DNA of 15,733 nucleotides from a virus: UHGV virus genome UHGV-1764726; one strand, 5' to 3'. Shown piece by piece: positions 15,301 to 15,733 of this stretch (position 1 is its first letter; each line of letters starts with the position of its first letter). The notes under the pieces were generated by a model. It saw only the letters and a program-made list of their open reading frames with translations, ran no database searches and was not told where the DNA came from. The position numbers and the translations under genes were made by a program.

Positions 15301-15622
15301 CGCGTACAGCAACAGTATTGTGGATACGCCCACGTACTTTGCCTTTGCAAAAGGGGCCGGGCTGATGGGGGAAGCCGGACCTGAAGCCATTATGCCCCTG
15401 ACCCGGGCGGCGGATGGCTCGCTGGGCGTACGCGCGGTGGGCAGTATGAACGGCAGTGCCGGTCTGGTGTATTCCCCGGTCTACCACATCGCCATTCAGA
15501 ATGACGGCGCTAACGGACAGATAGGGCCGGAGGCGGCAGGCAGTCTTGTGCAGCTGATTGATCAGCGGGTGCAGGCGGTGATGCTGTCCATGCGACGTGA
15601 CGGAGGAATGCTGAGTGGCTGA
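12380..15622 (+). CDS. Tail tape measure protein (lambda gpH-like), 1080 aa
   Basis: Very long Ala/Gln-rich, coiled-coil-rich ORF immediately after G/GT; C-terminal region (..GGVYTSANL..GPEAIMPLTRAADGSLGV..) resembles the lambda H C-terminus. Confidence 0.9.
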   Translation: MATLRELIIKISANSQSFQSEIQRASRMGSEYYRTLQNGGRQAAAVAREQRRALAELNSQLTEIRASAAGTAGAFAGAFATGHLISLADEWSSVNARLKQASQSSDEFSSSQKVLMDISQRTGTAFSDNAALFARSAASMREYGYSADDVLKVTEAISTGLKISGASTAEAGSVITQFSQALAQGVLRGEEFNSVNESGDRIVRALAAGMGVARKDLKAMADDGKLTADKVVPALISQLGVLRDEYAAMPETVSGSITKVENAFMAWVGGANEASGVTKTLSGVLNGVAGNIDNVATAAGALVAVGVARYFGNMASGAVSATAGLVTAARNEVALAEAQLRGTQIATARARAAVYRAQQAVAAARGTEMQIAAEARLAATQERLNRNIAARTAAQNALNSTTAVGSRLMTGALGLVGGVPGLVMLGAAAWYTLYQNQEQARESARQYALTIDEIAHKMPSMSLPEASDNEGRTREALTEQNRLIDEQASRVKSLQEKIAGYQYVLANPGWTTGNGFMINHLTSVKTVTEGLAQATEQLAVEQSRLAQMQEKAQSIQDVLAGLEDRRVALIRQQAAEQNKVYQSMLVMNGQHTEFNRLLGLGNELLQQRQGLVNVPLRLPQATLDDKQQSALTKTERELALSRLKGEEKERARLGYAADDLGFVGDSYQEARQRYISNALEAWRNNEANKPKSRGGKSETEKAEDSFSRLLKQQKEQLALAGQNTELAKLKYQTAQGELKTLTEMQKQELLRNAALIDQQKIREQLRSREETLKNDNVAARASNEAELLGYGQGERARERMRELQQIRDSFRQKDADLQSQYQTGDISEDFYRQARAQNAQYLSERLKDQAAFYAESDVQRADWQKGLQEGFSNWVDNASDYASQAAQLATEGISGMVNNITEMLNGNKVEWRNWASSVLQEISKVLMNTAIVNGIKTAANSMSGAGGFIGSIGDWLGGAVANAKGGVYTSANLSAYSNSIVDTPTYFAFAKGAGLMGEAGPEAIMPLTRAADGSLGVRAVGSMNGSAGLVYSPVYHIAIQNDGANGQIGPEAAGSLVQLIDQRVQAVMLSMRRDGGMLSG

Positions 15623-15733
15623 GATAAAAACGCTGCATCTGGTCCCGCGTGAAGGGATGCAGGTGAGTGAGAAACCGTCGGTGGTGAGGGTCCGGTTTGG
15701 TGACGGTTATGAACAGCGCCGACCGACGGGACT
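15616..15733 (+). CDS. M: Minor tail protein M (lambda gpM-like), N-terminal fragment running off the window
   Basis: GTG start overlapping the tape measure stop, SD GGAGGA 7 nt upstream; translation ..KTLHLVPREGMQVSEKPSVVRVRFGDGYEQRRP parallels lambda M (..KVKPGMDVASVPSVRKVRFGDGYSQRAP). Confidence 0.7.

Overview
This window is the late region of a mosaic lambdoid siphovirus prophage, apparently in an enterobacterial host, with almost every gene on the + strand. All calls come from reading the sequence and the ORF track and from remembered family signatures; no homology search was run. In order: the 3' end of the lysis cassette (Rz with embedded Rz1) and tandem terminators; an AT-richer accessory segment (KilA-N protein, an 85-aa ORF, about 480 bp without ORFs, and an antisense YlcI/DUF3950-like gene); an HNH endonuclease; a repeat-rich intergenic region that is probably cos; P27-type small and large terminase; an HK97-type prohead protease fused in frame to the major capsid protein; portal; a 299-aa tandem-repeat protein; four neck/tail-completion proteins; and lambda-like tail genes (major tail protein with Ig-like C-terminus, G/GT chaperone with a -1 frameshift site, 1080-aa tape measure, start of M). 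I found no rRNA, tRNA, CRISPR array, IS element, integrase or att site, and no recognisable dedicated defence system. The items most worth follow-up are the candidate cos region, the protease-capsid fusion with an internal start, the repeat protein with a possible carbohydrate-binding C-terminus, and the KilA-N accessory segment.
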